DNA of 32,000 nt from Planctopirus limnophila DSM 3776 (lineage in GTDB: Bacteria; Planctomycetota; Planctomycetia; Planctomycetales; Planctomycetaceae), in NCBI RefSeq assembly GCF_000092105.1, contig NC_014148.1, forward strand, positions 4,320,001 to 4,352,000, in the 5' to 3' direction. The translations under genes and the position numbers were made by a program. A model generated the notes under the pieces. It made no database searches and was not told where the DNA came from. It saw only the letters and a program-made list of their open reading frames with translations. Each line of letters starts with the position of its first letter. The first letter of the stretch is position 1. Below are positions 17,742-26,569 of this stretch, piece by piece.

Positions 17742-19559
17742 CTACATGACCGAGAAATAGTTAGCGACGGCAAAGTCAAATGCCTCGGGGGTCATCTGCT
17801 TGGGAATGTTCTTGTAGGTGCAGTAGTTTTTAACTTGTAGCAACAGATCGCGCGGCTGGCACGACCGGAAGGGACGTTTGACCTCGAAGTAGTGTTTCTG
17901 AATCAAGTACGAGACGGCCTGTTCGTTGTACTGAAAACCCAGATGAGGAGCTAACCGCTGAAGAATGCCGCGGAACTCGGCTTCCGTCGGGTCAGGAACC
18001 TGAATTTTGTAAGGAATTCGTCGTAGAAAGGCCCCATCGACGAGATCACGCGGTTCGAGATTGGTCGAGAAGATAATGAGTTGATCAAAGGGGACTTGAA
18101 TCTTCTTACCACTGGGAAGATTCAGAAAGTCGTAGCGCTTTTCGAGCGGGACAATCCAGCGATTGAGCAGTTCGGTGACTGGCATGCGCTGGCGACCGAA
18201 ATCGTCGATCACAAATGTGCCGCAATTGCTTTTGAGCTGCAGTGGGGCTTCGCAGATTTTGGTTGTCTGGTTTTGTGTGACTTCCAGTTGATCCATGGTG
18301 AGCTCACCACCAGCGACAATGGTCGGGCGGACAATCCGCACCCAGCGCTGATCGATCCCCGTGAGATTGAAAAGCCCTTGTTCCTGAGGCGGCGTTTCGA
18401 CTTCATCATGCATACCAGGGTCGAACAGGCGGATGACATCACCATCGATCCCCAATGCTCGAGGGATCCAGATGGTACTGCCGAAGCAGCGTGTGATACG
18501 TTCCGCAATGCTGGTTTTTCCATTGCCAGGCTCGCCGAAGAGGAACATCCCGCGGCCTGAGTTAATAGCGGGCCCCAGGCGTTCCAGCAGCGAAGGATTG
18601 ATCAGCAGGTCTTTGAAAGCGGTTTTGAGGCTCTCTTCGGTGGCATAATGGCGAGTGATCGACTGAGCCTCCATCGCGTGGAGGTAATCTCGTAACGAAA
18701 CGGGAGCAGCTCCGAAATAGGTGCATTCTTCCATAAACCTGCGGGCGCGCTCGCGTCCCACATCGGTAATGCAGTACTCGTAATCGCCCATCTCGGCAGT
18801 ATTGCGGTAAGCCAGCAGAGTGTCCTGCTTCAGACCTTTGACAATCGGTTCGATGAGCGCAAAGGGAAGTTTGAGCTGACCAGCCACTTGCCTGCCGGTT
18901 GAGGATCCCTTGGCAAGGAGGAATTTGAGAATTAATCGTTCGACTTCGTCTTCGGTCAGTCGAGTTTCGTAAAGCGTGGTGGGTTCGGGAGGAAAGTATT
19001 CGTTCTCGCCAGCTGTTTTGCGTGGCCCGAGTAAATTCTCAACTCTCTCGAACAGGGAATTGAGCTTTCGATCACCAGAAGCAGGGCTTAATGGCGGAGC
19101 TTCAGTCTCGCGTGAACTGATCGGATCGAGCGGGATGTTGGGCCGAACAGTTTGAGCATTCGATTTCAGAAGTTGGCGAATATCAGCCTGCAGTGCGTTG
19201 ATCGAAGTTTCTGGTGTCTCAGCCGAAGCGGGCGATGATGTGCGTGGCCCTTGAGCGGAGGCTTGGCCAGCAGAACGCTCCGGGGAAAATCGCTGCGAAT
19301 TGTCAGTTGGTGGGGAAGATTTGGTGGCTGGAGAATTTACGGGAGGCTGGCGGTGCCCTTCACCAGATGCGACGGGATCTTTCCGAGGTCCGGCTGGAGT
19401 TTGCCCCAGGGCATTGGCGACGCCCATGCCGACACGACGCAAATACTCAGCCGGTGAGAGTTTACCTTCAGCCGACATCCGCTGCTCCAATCCAGGTCGA
19501 TAAGAGGGTGTCGAAACTCGTGGCCCGCGATTCTCGAGAACGCCCTGCGGTGGAAACAT
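17742..19559 (-). CDS. AAA+ ATPase with disordered Pro/Ser-rich N-terminus and putative winged-helix domain
   Basis: It has a Walker A (GEPGNGKTS, nt 18513-18536), a Walker B (FVIDDFG), sensor-1 (IIFSTN) and an Arg-finger region ([14 protein letters not shown]). The start is uncertain: TTG 19601, ATG 19559 or ATG 19478. About the first 200 aa are low complexity. Confidence 0.75.
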   Translation of the reverse strand: MFPPQGVLENRGPRVSTPSYRPGLEQRMSAEGKLSPAEYLRRVGMGVANALGQTPAGPRKDPVASGEGHRQPPVNSPATKSSPPTDNSQRFSPERSAGQASAQGPRTSSPASAETPETSINALQADIRQLLKSNAQTVRPNIPLDPISSRETEAPPLSPASGDRKLNSLFERVENLLGPRKTAGENEYFPPEPTTLYETRLTEDEVERLILKFLLAKGSSTGRQVAGQLKLPFALIEPIVKGLKQDTLLAYRNTAEMGDYEYCITDVGRERARRFMEECTYFGAAPVSLRDYLHAMEAQSITRHYATEESLKTAFKDLLINPSLLERLGPAINSGRGMFLFGEPGNGKTSIAERITRCFGSTIWIPRALGIDGDVIRLFDPGMHDEVETPPQEQGLFNLTGIDQRWVRIVRPTIVAGGELTMDQLEVTQNQTTKICEAPLQLKSNCGTFVIDDFGRQRMPVTELLNRWIVPLEKRYDFLNLPSGKKIQVPFDQLIIFSTNLEPRDLVDGAFLRRIPYKIQVPDPTEAEFRGILQRLAPHLGFQYNEQAVSYLIQKHYFEVKRPFRSCQPRDLLLQVKNYCTYKNIPKQMTPEAFDFAVANYFSVM

Positions 19560-19881
19560 AGGCCAGAAATCGAAGCGTGCGAGCAAATCTTGATGAACCA
19601 AATCGGGAAAAATACTAACAGGGGCGAGCAGAACATGTATACAAGTTCAGTGCCTGTTGAAGAAAACGAAGAAACCGTCAGGGATGAATCCAGCGATTCT
19701 GGTGGCAAGTTTGCGGTGGCATGGTGAGAATCTTTAATAAAGATGGCCATCCTCAAAACAGCTGGCCACGGCTACTAAAGATCACGCGGAACACAGAGCG
19801 ACCGACAGGTTCATCGCGGCTTGATTCCGTCCGAACGATCGTTTTCTGAACAGAAGTTTTTTACAGCGAGATGACTCGAAC

Positions 19882-22731
19882 ATGTGTCACCACCCTCGGT
19901 ATCTGCTGTTGCTGTCAGTTCGCAGGCTTGTCGTGCTGCTGCCTGTATTACTGACGTTGATTAGCGCACGACAGGAAGTGAGTGCCGCTGGTGATGTGGT
20001 TCCGGCGAATCGCAAAGCTCGAGCCGTAGCTGGGAACGTGATCCTGGTTCAGAATGAAATACCGCAGCGTAGCAACAGTGCAGCTACCCCCAGCCAACCC
20101 GCTGCACCGGCCAGTGAGATCAAATCGATCAACACCGAAGAAGAGATCCGCAAACTGCTGGAGAGCTGGGCACAGCGTGAAGCATGGGATCGCCCATCGT
20201 TTTTCGATCCACCACGACCAGTGGCGGAGGCGACGTCCTTTCAGAAACAGATTGTTCCCCTCGTTGAGATGGCCAATTATGGCTGGTGGAACGATGGAAC
20301 CGGCCTGATGCGCTATCTGGCAGTCAATGTTTCGATCTACAACGGCGGTGCCGAGCCAATTGTCATTCGAAAAGACGATGTCAGTGCCAATATTGGAGGA
20401 AAGGATTACCCGTTTGGTAATCTCCCGCAGCGATTGAAGCTCATGCAGTTCCAGTACGAAGAGAAATCGATTTCTCTCAAAGGGGCTGAACCATTTGCAG
20501 AGTTGAGCATCGCTCCCGGAACAGCCAGCAATGTCTGGCTGGTGTTCGCCAAACTGGAAACAGACAACAATGTTCCTCCCAGCGTCATTACGATGAAGTC
20601 GTCGGCTGGCCCCGTTGTGATTGATGTCAATCGGCAGATGAGGTCGGCTTTGAAGCTCCGGATCGAACTGGTGGGCCCGCGTGCTGTCCTGGGGCTGATG
20701 ACGATTTCGGGGATTCTGAATACCGTCAATGCTCAGGATTTGTGCCGGGGTTATGAAGAGCTGTCGCTGAAGAAGGTCGAGCGGGCCGTTACCTGTTGGG
20801 ATCTCAGTGTGAAGCAGGTCAACTCGCAGCTGCTGAGCTGGCTGATGACCACGGCCCAGCAACCACCAGGGAACCGACCACAGATCAATTATCTGCCGGA
20901 AGTTCCTGCCGCCATTCAGGAACTTCAACTGGCAAGCATCCCCAACCAGCGTGATCAGTCGAAGCGTGGGAATAGTTCCAAAGTCGTGCATCCCACGGCA
21001 GCCGATGCGATCTCTGCAGCGCTGGCCGATGCTTATCGACTTTTACCTGCCGATGAAATTCTGCGTGAGATCGAGAGTGGACATCCTCTGGCGAAACCAG
21101 CCGCCCTGCTGCATGGGGCGGCTCGATTGCCCTCTTCGGAAGTACCGCGTGTGATTGCACTGACACGCAGTGAGGATCAGCCACTGGCCAAGTCGGCAGT
21201 GCTGGCTTTGGGAGAATTCAGCGAGCAACCAGCGATTGATGAGCTGAAAGCGATTATCACCAGTGGAAAGCTGGAACTCGTGCCGGATGCTGCCGAGGCT
21301 TTAGCCACGTCTCGATATCGCCAGCATCAGGATGTCCTGTTGCAGCTATTAAAGGATGTGCAACCTGAGCGTCGAGATCCCATATTGACCGTCCTCTCGG
21401 CAACACCGAAGGCTGCCTGGGCCAATGTTCTGGCGAACTATACGCATCAGCCTCAGGGAGGAATCAGGACAGAAGTCCTTTCGGCTCTGGTGGTGCTAGG
21501 GCATCCAGCGGCACAAGGACTTCTGGAAGAAGCCATTCGCAGCGATAATGCGACCACACGGAAGTTTGCCTTCGATGTCCTCTCTCGCCGATCCGATCGC
21601 AAAAGCCGGGAACTGGCGATGGATTACGCCCTCGCTTCGCTCGATCGAGGAGAGTTCGATCCCCTGCTCGAACAGTTTTTGAGACAGGTGCGCGATCCGC
21701 GCGTGCTGCCGAAATTGATGGCCCGGCTCGATAACTCCAGTACAAACTCAACTGCCGATCGTTCCGGAGCCATTCGACTCATTGGTGCGATTGCGGATGC
21801 TTCGGCCGGTAAGGAACTGGCCGATCGATTTGATTCGTTCAAGCCACAAGAACGCAATCAGCTCATGTTGGCCTTGAGAGAACTCAAGGCACCCGAGTTC
21901 TTGCCCCTGGCGATTCGCTGCATTGAATCGGGCGACTTTTCGCAGGCTTCGAGTGCACTGCAAGGATTGATGCAGGAATCTCCGCCAGATCTGCTGGCGA
22001 TACTTGAAAAAGCGGTTCGCAAGCAGGACAGCAATAACATGCAGCAGCAGCTGATGCAGATGATTGGTCAGGTGGGAACACCGGCTGCACGCGAATTGCT
22101 CCTCAAGCTGCGTGATGAAGCCAAAGACGATACTCGCCGCGACTATGCCAATGCCGCACTATTAAATCTGCGGCAAAGGTCGCCCGGCTACCAGTTCATT
22201 TATCAGGCCCAGCATTATCTCCAGCAGAAGCAGAAAAAATCGGCCCTGGAGTGCTTTGAGATTGCTTTGGAAGTCGATGAGTATCTGCCAGAGGCGTGGG
22301 CAGGTCGTGGAAACCTGCGGTTGCAGGAGGGCAAGATTCCCGAAGCGCGGGGCGATTTTGAGAAGTCGGTAGCACTCGACCCGACGAATGCGCTGGCAGT
22401 CACGGGGTATGCCATCTGCCTGGTCACAACAGGTGAGACAGACAAGGGAATCAGCACACTGGAGAAGATTCGCACCAAGCATCAGCAGGATGATCAATAC
22501 CTCTACAATGCCGCTTGCGTTTACAGCCGGGCGATGGAGCATACGATGAAGACTATGGCGGGAGAAGAGGTGATCAACCGCTACAAGGGGCTGGCACTCA
22601 AAGACCTGAAGGCGAGTATTGAGCGCGGTTTTGATGACTTCGACTGGGTGAAAAAAGACCCGGATTTAAAGCCATTAGAAAACGACCCCGAATTCAAAGC
22701 CCTCCTGGAGAAAGCCCCGAAGAAAGAGTGA
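19882..22731 (+). CDS. exported multidomain protein with HEAT-like repeats and C-terminal TPR repeats
   Basis: 949 aa. It has an N-terminal signal-like segment (LLLLSVRRLVVLLPVLLTLISA) and a beta-sandwich-like region (YLAVNVSIYNGGAEPIVIRKDD...VWLVFAKLE). Repeated helical hairpins of about 30 aa (aa ~400-760) follow. TPR-like repeats sit near the C-terminus (ALECFEIALEVDEYLPEAWAGRGNL...). Confidence 0.7.
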   Translation: MCHHPRYLLLLSVRRLVVLLPVLLTLISARQEVSAAGDVVPANRKARAVAGNVILVQNEIPQRSNSAATPSQPAAPASEIKSINTEEEIRKLLESWAQREAWDRPSFFDPPRPVAEATSFQKQIVPLVEMANYGWWNDGTGLMRYLAVNVSIYNGGAEPIVIRKDDVSANIGGKDYPFGNLPQRLKLMQFQYEEKSISLKGAEPFAELSIAPGTASNVWLVFAKLETDNNVPPSVITMKSSAGPVVIDVNRQMRSALKLRIELVGPRAVLGLMTISGILNTVNAQDLCRGYEELSLKKVERAVTCWDLSVKQVNSQLLSWLMTTAQQPPGNRPQINYLPEVPAAIQELQLASIPNQRDQSKRGNSSKVVHPTAADAISAALADAYRLLPADEILREIESGHPLAKPAALLHGAARLPSSEVPRVIALTRSEDQPLAKSAVLALGEFSEQPAIDELKAIITSGKLELVPDAAEALATSRYRQHQDVLLQLLKDVQPERRDPILTVLSATPKAAWANVLANYTHQPQGGIRTEVLSALVVLGHPAAQGLLEEAIRSDNATTRKFAFDVLSRRSDRKSRELAMDYALASLDRGEFDPLLEQFLRQVRDPRVLPKLMARLDNSSTNSTADRSGAIRLIGAIADASAGKELADRFDSFKPQERNQLMLALRELKAPEFLPLAIRCIESGDFSQASSALQGLMQESPPDLLAILEKAVRKQDSNNMQQQLMQMIGQVGTPAARELLLKLRDEAKDDTRRDYANAALLNLRQRSPGYQFIYQAQHYLQQKQKKSALECFEIALEVDEYLPEAWAGRGNLRLQEGKIPEARGDFEKSVALDPTNALAVTGYAICLVTTGETDKGISTLEKIRTKHQQDDQYLYNAACVYSRAMEHTMKTMAGEEVINRYKGLALKDLKASIERGFDDFDWVKKDPDLKPLENDPEFKALLEKAPKKE

Positions 22732-22813
22732 GTGGTGAGCCTTCTCGTCAAATTGTCTTCTCATTCTAGCCGACGCATATCGGCGGACTATTGAAGCTGC
22801 ATAGGCCGATCTC

Positions 22814-23038
22814 ATGCGAGGATTCATCTGGGGAGCGGTTATTGGTTTGGCACTTACCGTCCTTGCAGGACATACGGCGGCGTTCGCGAATGGCGATTGG
22901 CCGTATCACCAGGGCAAAGGAGCGGCCTCTCAATCGACGATGCATATCACGAGGATCGCCGCTCCATTCGGTGCACTTTTGGGGGGAATTGTGGGACTGG
23001 TCATCCGTAAGCCTATACGCGCTCGTGAAGCACGATAA
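22814..23038 (+). CDS. small two-helix membrane protein (74 aa), hypothetical
   Basis: It has two hydrophobic segments (GFIWGAVIGLALTVLAGHTAAFA and IAAPFGALLGGIVGLVI). No clear SD is present. Competing ORFs in other frames have less protein-like sequences. Confidence 0.4.
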   Translation: MRGFIWGAVIGLALTVLAGHTAAFANGDWPYHQGKGAASQSTMHITRIAAPFGALLGGIVGLVIRKPIRAREAR

Positions 23039-23098
23039 AACTTTCGCCAACGAGCTGACTTCGTTTCAACCGCCCTAGCTTGAGATGATTTTGGGCAA

Positions 23099-23134
23099 GT
23101 GCCAGGAGCACTGCTGGCCAGCCAGCAGTGGCAC
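23099..23134. other. imperfect hairpin between convergent genes
   Basis: The outer stem is GTGC (23099-23102) / GCAC (23131-23134). The inner stem is 8-10 bp, CACTGCTG(GC) (23109-) / (GC)CAGCAGTG (-23130). There is no U-tract on either side. Confidence 0.4.
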
Positions 23135-23144
23135 ACTGGTAACC

Positions 23145-23221
23145 AACTCCCAACCATCAACTCCCAACTCCCAACTCCAAACTCCAAACTCCCAACTTCC
23201 AACCATCAACTCCCCACTCCC
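23145..23221 (-). repeat. tandem heptanucleotide array, 11 units (AACTCCC on +, GGGAGTT on -)
   Basis: Units read from 23145: AACTCCC AACCATC AACTCCC AACTCCC AACTCCA AACTCCA AACTCCC AACTTCC AACCATC AACTCCC CACTCCC. The last two or so units encode the final residues (QGVGS) and the stop of the alkD-like gene. Confidence 0.9.
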
Positions 23222-24069
23222 TGCTTCCTGAGAGTGCGTTGAGCGTGGTGCGTGATCCATTGAGTTTCTTTGGTCGGAGATTCTTTGAGCCAGCGGTGGC
23301 ACAGGCTGGTGACGAATTCGGGTTGTGACTTGCTGCTGTCGTTGAGCCAGTTGGCGACGGAAAGCTGGACGTAGCGGGCCTCGTCGCTACGGAGTTGCTC
23401 CAGAATCGGTAGTGCGAGTTCCGGTTCGGCCTTAAGAACAGGGGCGTGTGCGCACCACACGCCGCAAGGCCGGATCGATTCGATGGCGAACCGTCGCAGA
23501 TTGGCATCCTGATGTTTTGCCCAGGGGAGCAGGCGATGGATCGATTTGGGCAAGTCGTTAACAAGTGCTGGTCGCACGACCATCCACGCACATTCGCGAA
23601 CACCAAAATGTTCATCCGCCGCAAAAGGGCGGATCGCTGTAAGCCGCTGGGAAAGAGTGAGCTTTGTCGGGCTTTGGATCGCGGTCATCGTCCAGATGCG
23701 GACGGCATCGGAGGGATGAGTCGTCAACTCCTCCAGAATAACCGGGTGTCTGGGATGCCGGGTGATGAACCGGGCGAGTAACGATCCCAATCCCCACGAC
23801 TTTTGCATGACCCCGACGCTTCGCAGCGATTCGAGTTCCTGCTCAAGTTCAGGAGTGGTTTCGAGCTTCAGGTCATCAAGCAGGTGCGTGAACAATCGCA
23901 ATTGATCCATAGCAAGCCACTCGACAAGATTCCGTGTGGCGAGCTTTCCCGTTTCGAGAGCTGCGAGGGTTTCTGGCGAAACTTCTGAGCGGCGGCGGGC
24001 AGGCTTACTGGCAGCCAGCGAGGGATTGACGCTGAGACTCGACCGTTGAGCTTTGGACTTCCTGGGCAT
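23206..24069 (-). CDS. DNA alkylation repair protein (AlkC/AlkD-like HEAT-repeat family)
   Basis: 287 aa. The blocks DEHFGVRECAWM...LLPWAKHQDANLRRFAIESIRP...RSDEARYVQLSVANWLND match my memory of the DNA_alkylation (AlkD-like) family. Confidence 0.75.
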   Translation of the reverse strand: MPRKSKAQRSSLSVNPSLAASKPARRRSEVSPETLAALETGKLATRNLVEWLAMDQLRLFTHLLDDLKLETTPELEQELESLRSVGVMQKSWGLGSLLARFITRHPRHPVILEELTTHPSDAVRIWTMTAIQSPTKLTLSQRLTAIRPFAADEHFGVRECAWMVVRPALVNDLPKSIHRLLPWAKHQDANLRRFAIESIRPCGVWCAHAPVLKAEPELALPILEQLRSDEARYVQLSVANWLNDSSKSQPEFVTSLCHRWLKESPTKETQWITHHAQRTLRKQGVGS

Positions 24070-24215
24070 ACTGGCGAACCATCAACAGAGGTCAAAGGTA
24101 GTGTGATCGACTCATTGGTGAGCAGAAGAGCTGGCGACTTGTGCGCCGTGGGGTGGCGTGCGATATTATCGCTTAGTCCGGACATAGCTCGTTCGCACAC
24201 TGATTATGAAACATT

Positions 24216-25826
24216 ATGCCACTGAAAATTGCCAACCTTCGTCTCCCTTTAGGGACTCCTGAAGCCGAACTTCCTGGTTATCTGGCTCGTGCCACAGGTT
24301 TACCGAAGGAAAATCTTTCCCGGTATCGGATCTTAAAGCGGAGTCTCGATGCGCGCAAGCGCGACGAACTGCACTTTGTTTATACGACATCGGTCGATAT
24401 CTCTTCCGAAATAGCGCAGTCGAAAGCTTTGCAAAAGCGGCTGGGCCCGGAACTGATGTTTTTTGAGCCGCCGGTGTTTGATAATCCCGCACCTGGCGAA
24501 GGAGAGTTGCACGGTCGGCCACTGGTCATTGGTTCGGGACCGGCAGGATTGCTGGCTGCCCATTATCTGGCGATGAAGGGGTATTGCCCGATTGTCATCG
24601 AGCGTGGCAAAGCGGTGAAAGAACGTGTCCCTGCCGTACGGGAGTTTGATCGCGGTGGTGCGTTTGACCGTGAGAACAATTATCTTTTTGGCGAAGGCGG
24701 GGCCGGTTGCTTCAGTGACGGCAAGCTCACCTGCCGCATGGAAGGGCCGGATGTTGACTGGGTGCTCGAGCGCTTTGTCGAGTGTGGCGGTCGCGAATCG
24801 ATTGTCTATGAGAATCGCCCCCATCTGGGAAGTAACAAGCTGCCGATGATCTGCCGGAACTTCCGACGCAAGATTGAAGCTTTGGGTGGCGAGTATCGGT
24901 TCGATTGCCGCTTCGAAGGTCTGATCCTGCGGGATGGACAGGTGATCGGAGTTGAGACTTCGAGCGGGCCGATGTACTCGAATGTGGTGATTTTAGGGAT
25001 CGGCCACAGTGCGCGAGACACCTACGAAAAGCTGCTGGAGCAAGGGGCACCGATTCAGCAGAAAGCCTTTCAACTGGGTGTACGGATTGAACAGCCCCAG
25101 GAGCAGGTGAACAAGCATAAGTATGGCCGGCCCGAGTATCTGGAGATGCTCGGAGCAGCTGATTACACCCTGCAGGCCCGCTCGACTCGCGATGTCTTTA
25201 CGTTTTGCATGTGTGCGGGGGGGATCATCATTCCGAGTGTTTCCGAGCCGAACATGTTCTGTTCGAACGGAATGAGTAACAGTCGTCACGATACCCCATT
25301 TGCCAATAGCGGCATTGTGGTGACTTTGGAGACGAATGAGTTCGGATCGAATCATCCTCTGGCGGGAGTCTATTTACAGCGGCAGTATGAATCAGCCGCC
25401 TTCGAGCTTCTGGGAGGGACATACGCGTGTCCCATTCAGCGGGGACTTGATTTCGTGAATGGCAAAGCCCCGCGTGCCGATGATCGCGTGGAATGTTCGT
25501 ACGAGCGTGGCGTCAAGCCGTTGGCACTGGATCTGGTGTTGCCGCCGGTGATTACTCAGGCGATTCGCAAAAGCCTGCCCTTGATGGATGCCAAGCTGCA
25601 TGGAAACTTTTTGAAGAATGCCGTGCTGGTCGGGCCGGAGATGCGCGGAAGTTCACCTGTCCGGATTGATCGAGACCGGCAGACGCGTGTGGCACCGGGA
25701 ATGCCCGGGCTGTACCCAGTCGGTGAAGGAGCCGGCTACGCGGGCGGGATTGTGAGTGCAGCCGTCGATGGCTTGCGCAGTGCCCGGGAAGTGGTGCGGC
25801 ACTTCGCTCCCTTATTGAAGGGCTGA
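24216..25826 (+). CDS. FAD-dependent protein (COG2509-like uncharacterised dehydrogenase)
   Basis: It has a Rossmann motif (VIGSGPAGLLAAHYLAMKGYCPIVIERG). The blocks NYLFGEGGAGCFSDGKL and the C-terminal YPVGEGAGYAGGIVSAAVDG are typical of this family. Confidence 0.8.
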   Translation: MPLKIANLRLPLGTPEAELPGYLARATGLPKENLSRYRILKRSLDARKRDELHFVYTTSVDISSEIAQSKALQKRLGPELMFFEPPVFDNPAPGEGELHGRPLVIGSGPAGLLAAHYLAMKGYCPIVIERGKAVKERVPAVREFDRGGAFDRENNYLFGEGGAGCFSDGKLTCRMEGPDVDWVLERFVECGGRESIVYENRPHLGSNKLPMICRNFRRKIEALGGEYRFDCRFEGLILRDGQVIGVETSSGPMYSNVVILGIGHSARDTYEKLLEQGAPIQQKAFQLGVRIEQPQEQVNKHKYGRPEYLEMLGAADYTLQARSTRDVFTFCMCAGGIIIPSVSEPNMFCSNGMSNSRHDTPFANSGIVVTLETNEFGSNHPLAGVYLQRQYESAAFELLGGTYACPIQRGLDFVNGKAPRADDRVECSYERGVKPLALDLVLPPVITQAIRKSLPLMDAKLHGNFLKNAVLVGPEMRGSSPVRIDRDRQTRVAPGMPGLYPVGEGAGYAGGIVSAAVDGLRSAREVVRHFAPLLKG

Positions 25827-25917
25827 TTCTCGCAGCATCAGGTCACTTGCCACCACAACAGGCTGGTTGCCCACACTTCTTTGTATTGAGTGATGCGAAG
25901 TTTTGACTTTCGGGTGG

Positions 25918-25947
25918 CAAGGGTCGGATGTCCTCATCCGCCCCTTG
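25918..25947. other. stable hairpin downstream of the FAD-protein gene
   Basis: 12-bp stem with one mismatch, CAAGGGTCGGAT / ATCCGCCCCTTG, and a 6-nt loop. It lies about 90 nt after the stop at 25826. No U-tract follows. Confidence 0.4.
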
Positions 25948-26045
25948 GTCAATCGAGGTCATCAGTACAAATGCATCCGTAGCGCTCCTCAGAACTTCCT
26001 GCCAACTTTGAGATGATTAACCAACCTCAGATGACCTGGGGGCAA

Positions 26046-26075
26046 ACGAAGACGTTTGACCCCAGCCACGCCACC
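26046..26075. other. stable hairpin in the ORF-free region
   Basis: 13-bp stem with one mismatch, CTGGGGGCAAACG / CGTTTGACCCCAG, and an AAGA loop. No U-tract on either strand. Confidence 0.4.
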
Positions 26076-26569
26076 TGAATCCATCAATCAAATGGGCTCA
26101 CTGGGAAGGTGTGTATAGCAGTCAGCGCGAACAGGGCAAGCTCGTGAGTGATCGTTTGAGAGCAGCCTGTTCAATTTGACCGGTTTTGCGGCGTTACCCG
26201 CAAATACGAAGATGTTGCGAAAAATCTTCAATACCGACCGACGTGTGGCGAAATGCGAACTAGGGTTTGTTCGTACTCACGCAAGGCTTTAACGATTTCG
26301 CTGAGTTTATCAAGGCGTTTTTCTCGTGGGTGGAACTACTGAGGTTCCGGCTATGACGACGATGCCGATCGATCGTGTCTTCCCGACGATTTCGACGAAT
26401 CGGGTTGTGAGAGGCGATCAATCAATGGTGAATTCGGCAGGAACTTCCGGACGAAGCCAGAGATGAGACTTTGTATTTCAAAGGACAACCGCGCAGGCGC
26501 AGCTTTACATCGCGCACGGCGGGCCAAGCATACGACGGAGCGCTCTCACCCCCCGAAAGGCTAAGTGCG

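Noticed and set aside
19602-19881. A possible sigma-54 promoter (TGGCAAGTTTGC) in the divergent region between the AAA+ ATPase and HEAT/TPR genes.
   Set aside because: The GG-to-GC spacing is 9 nt rather than the canonical 12, so it does not fit the -24/-12 architecture.
23145-23221. G-quadruplex potential of the G-rich strand of the heptamer array.
   Set aside because: GGG tracts are interrupted by TGGAGTT, GGAAGTT and GATGGTT units. Four consecutive G3 tracts would need loops of 11-18 nt, which is outside canonical G4 rules. It is not worth a separate claim.
2060-24069. Apparent enrichment of DNA-repair genes in one window (SbcCD-like pair, mutY, alkD-like) as a possible repair island.
   Set aside because: The genes are separated by many unrelated housekeeping genes. 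They lie on different strands and in different transcription units. There are no flanking mobile-element or att-like signatures.
26364-26371. GCCGATCG about 200 nt upstream of fliC resembles the sigma-28 -10 element GCCGATAA.
   Set aside because: There is no TAAA-like -35 element at the expected 15-nt or so spacing, and only 6 of 8 positions match. Planctomycete flagellar promoter consensus is unknown to me, so I do not call a promoter.
26353-26466. A 37-codon ORF (MTTMPIDRVFPTISTNRVVRGDQSMVNSAGTSGRSQR) with GAGG 8 nt upstream lies in the fliC leader.
   Set aside because: It is too short, I recognise no similarity to anything, and there is no conservation evidence. It could be a uORF, but the sequence alone does not support that.
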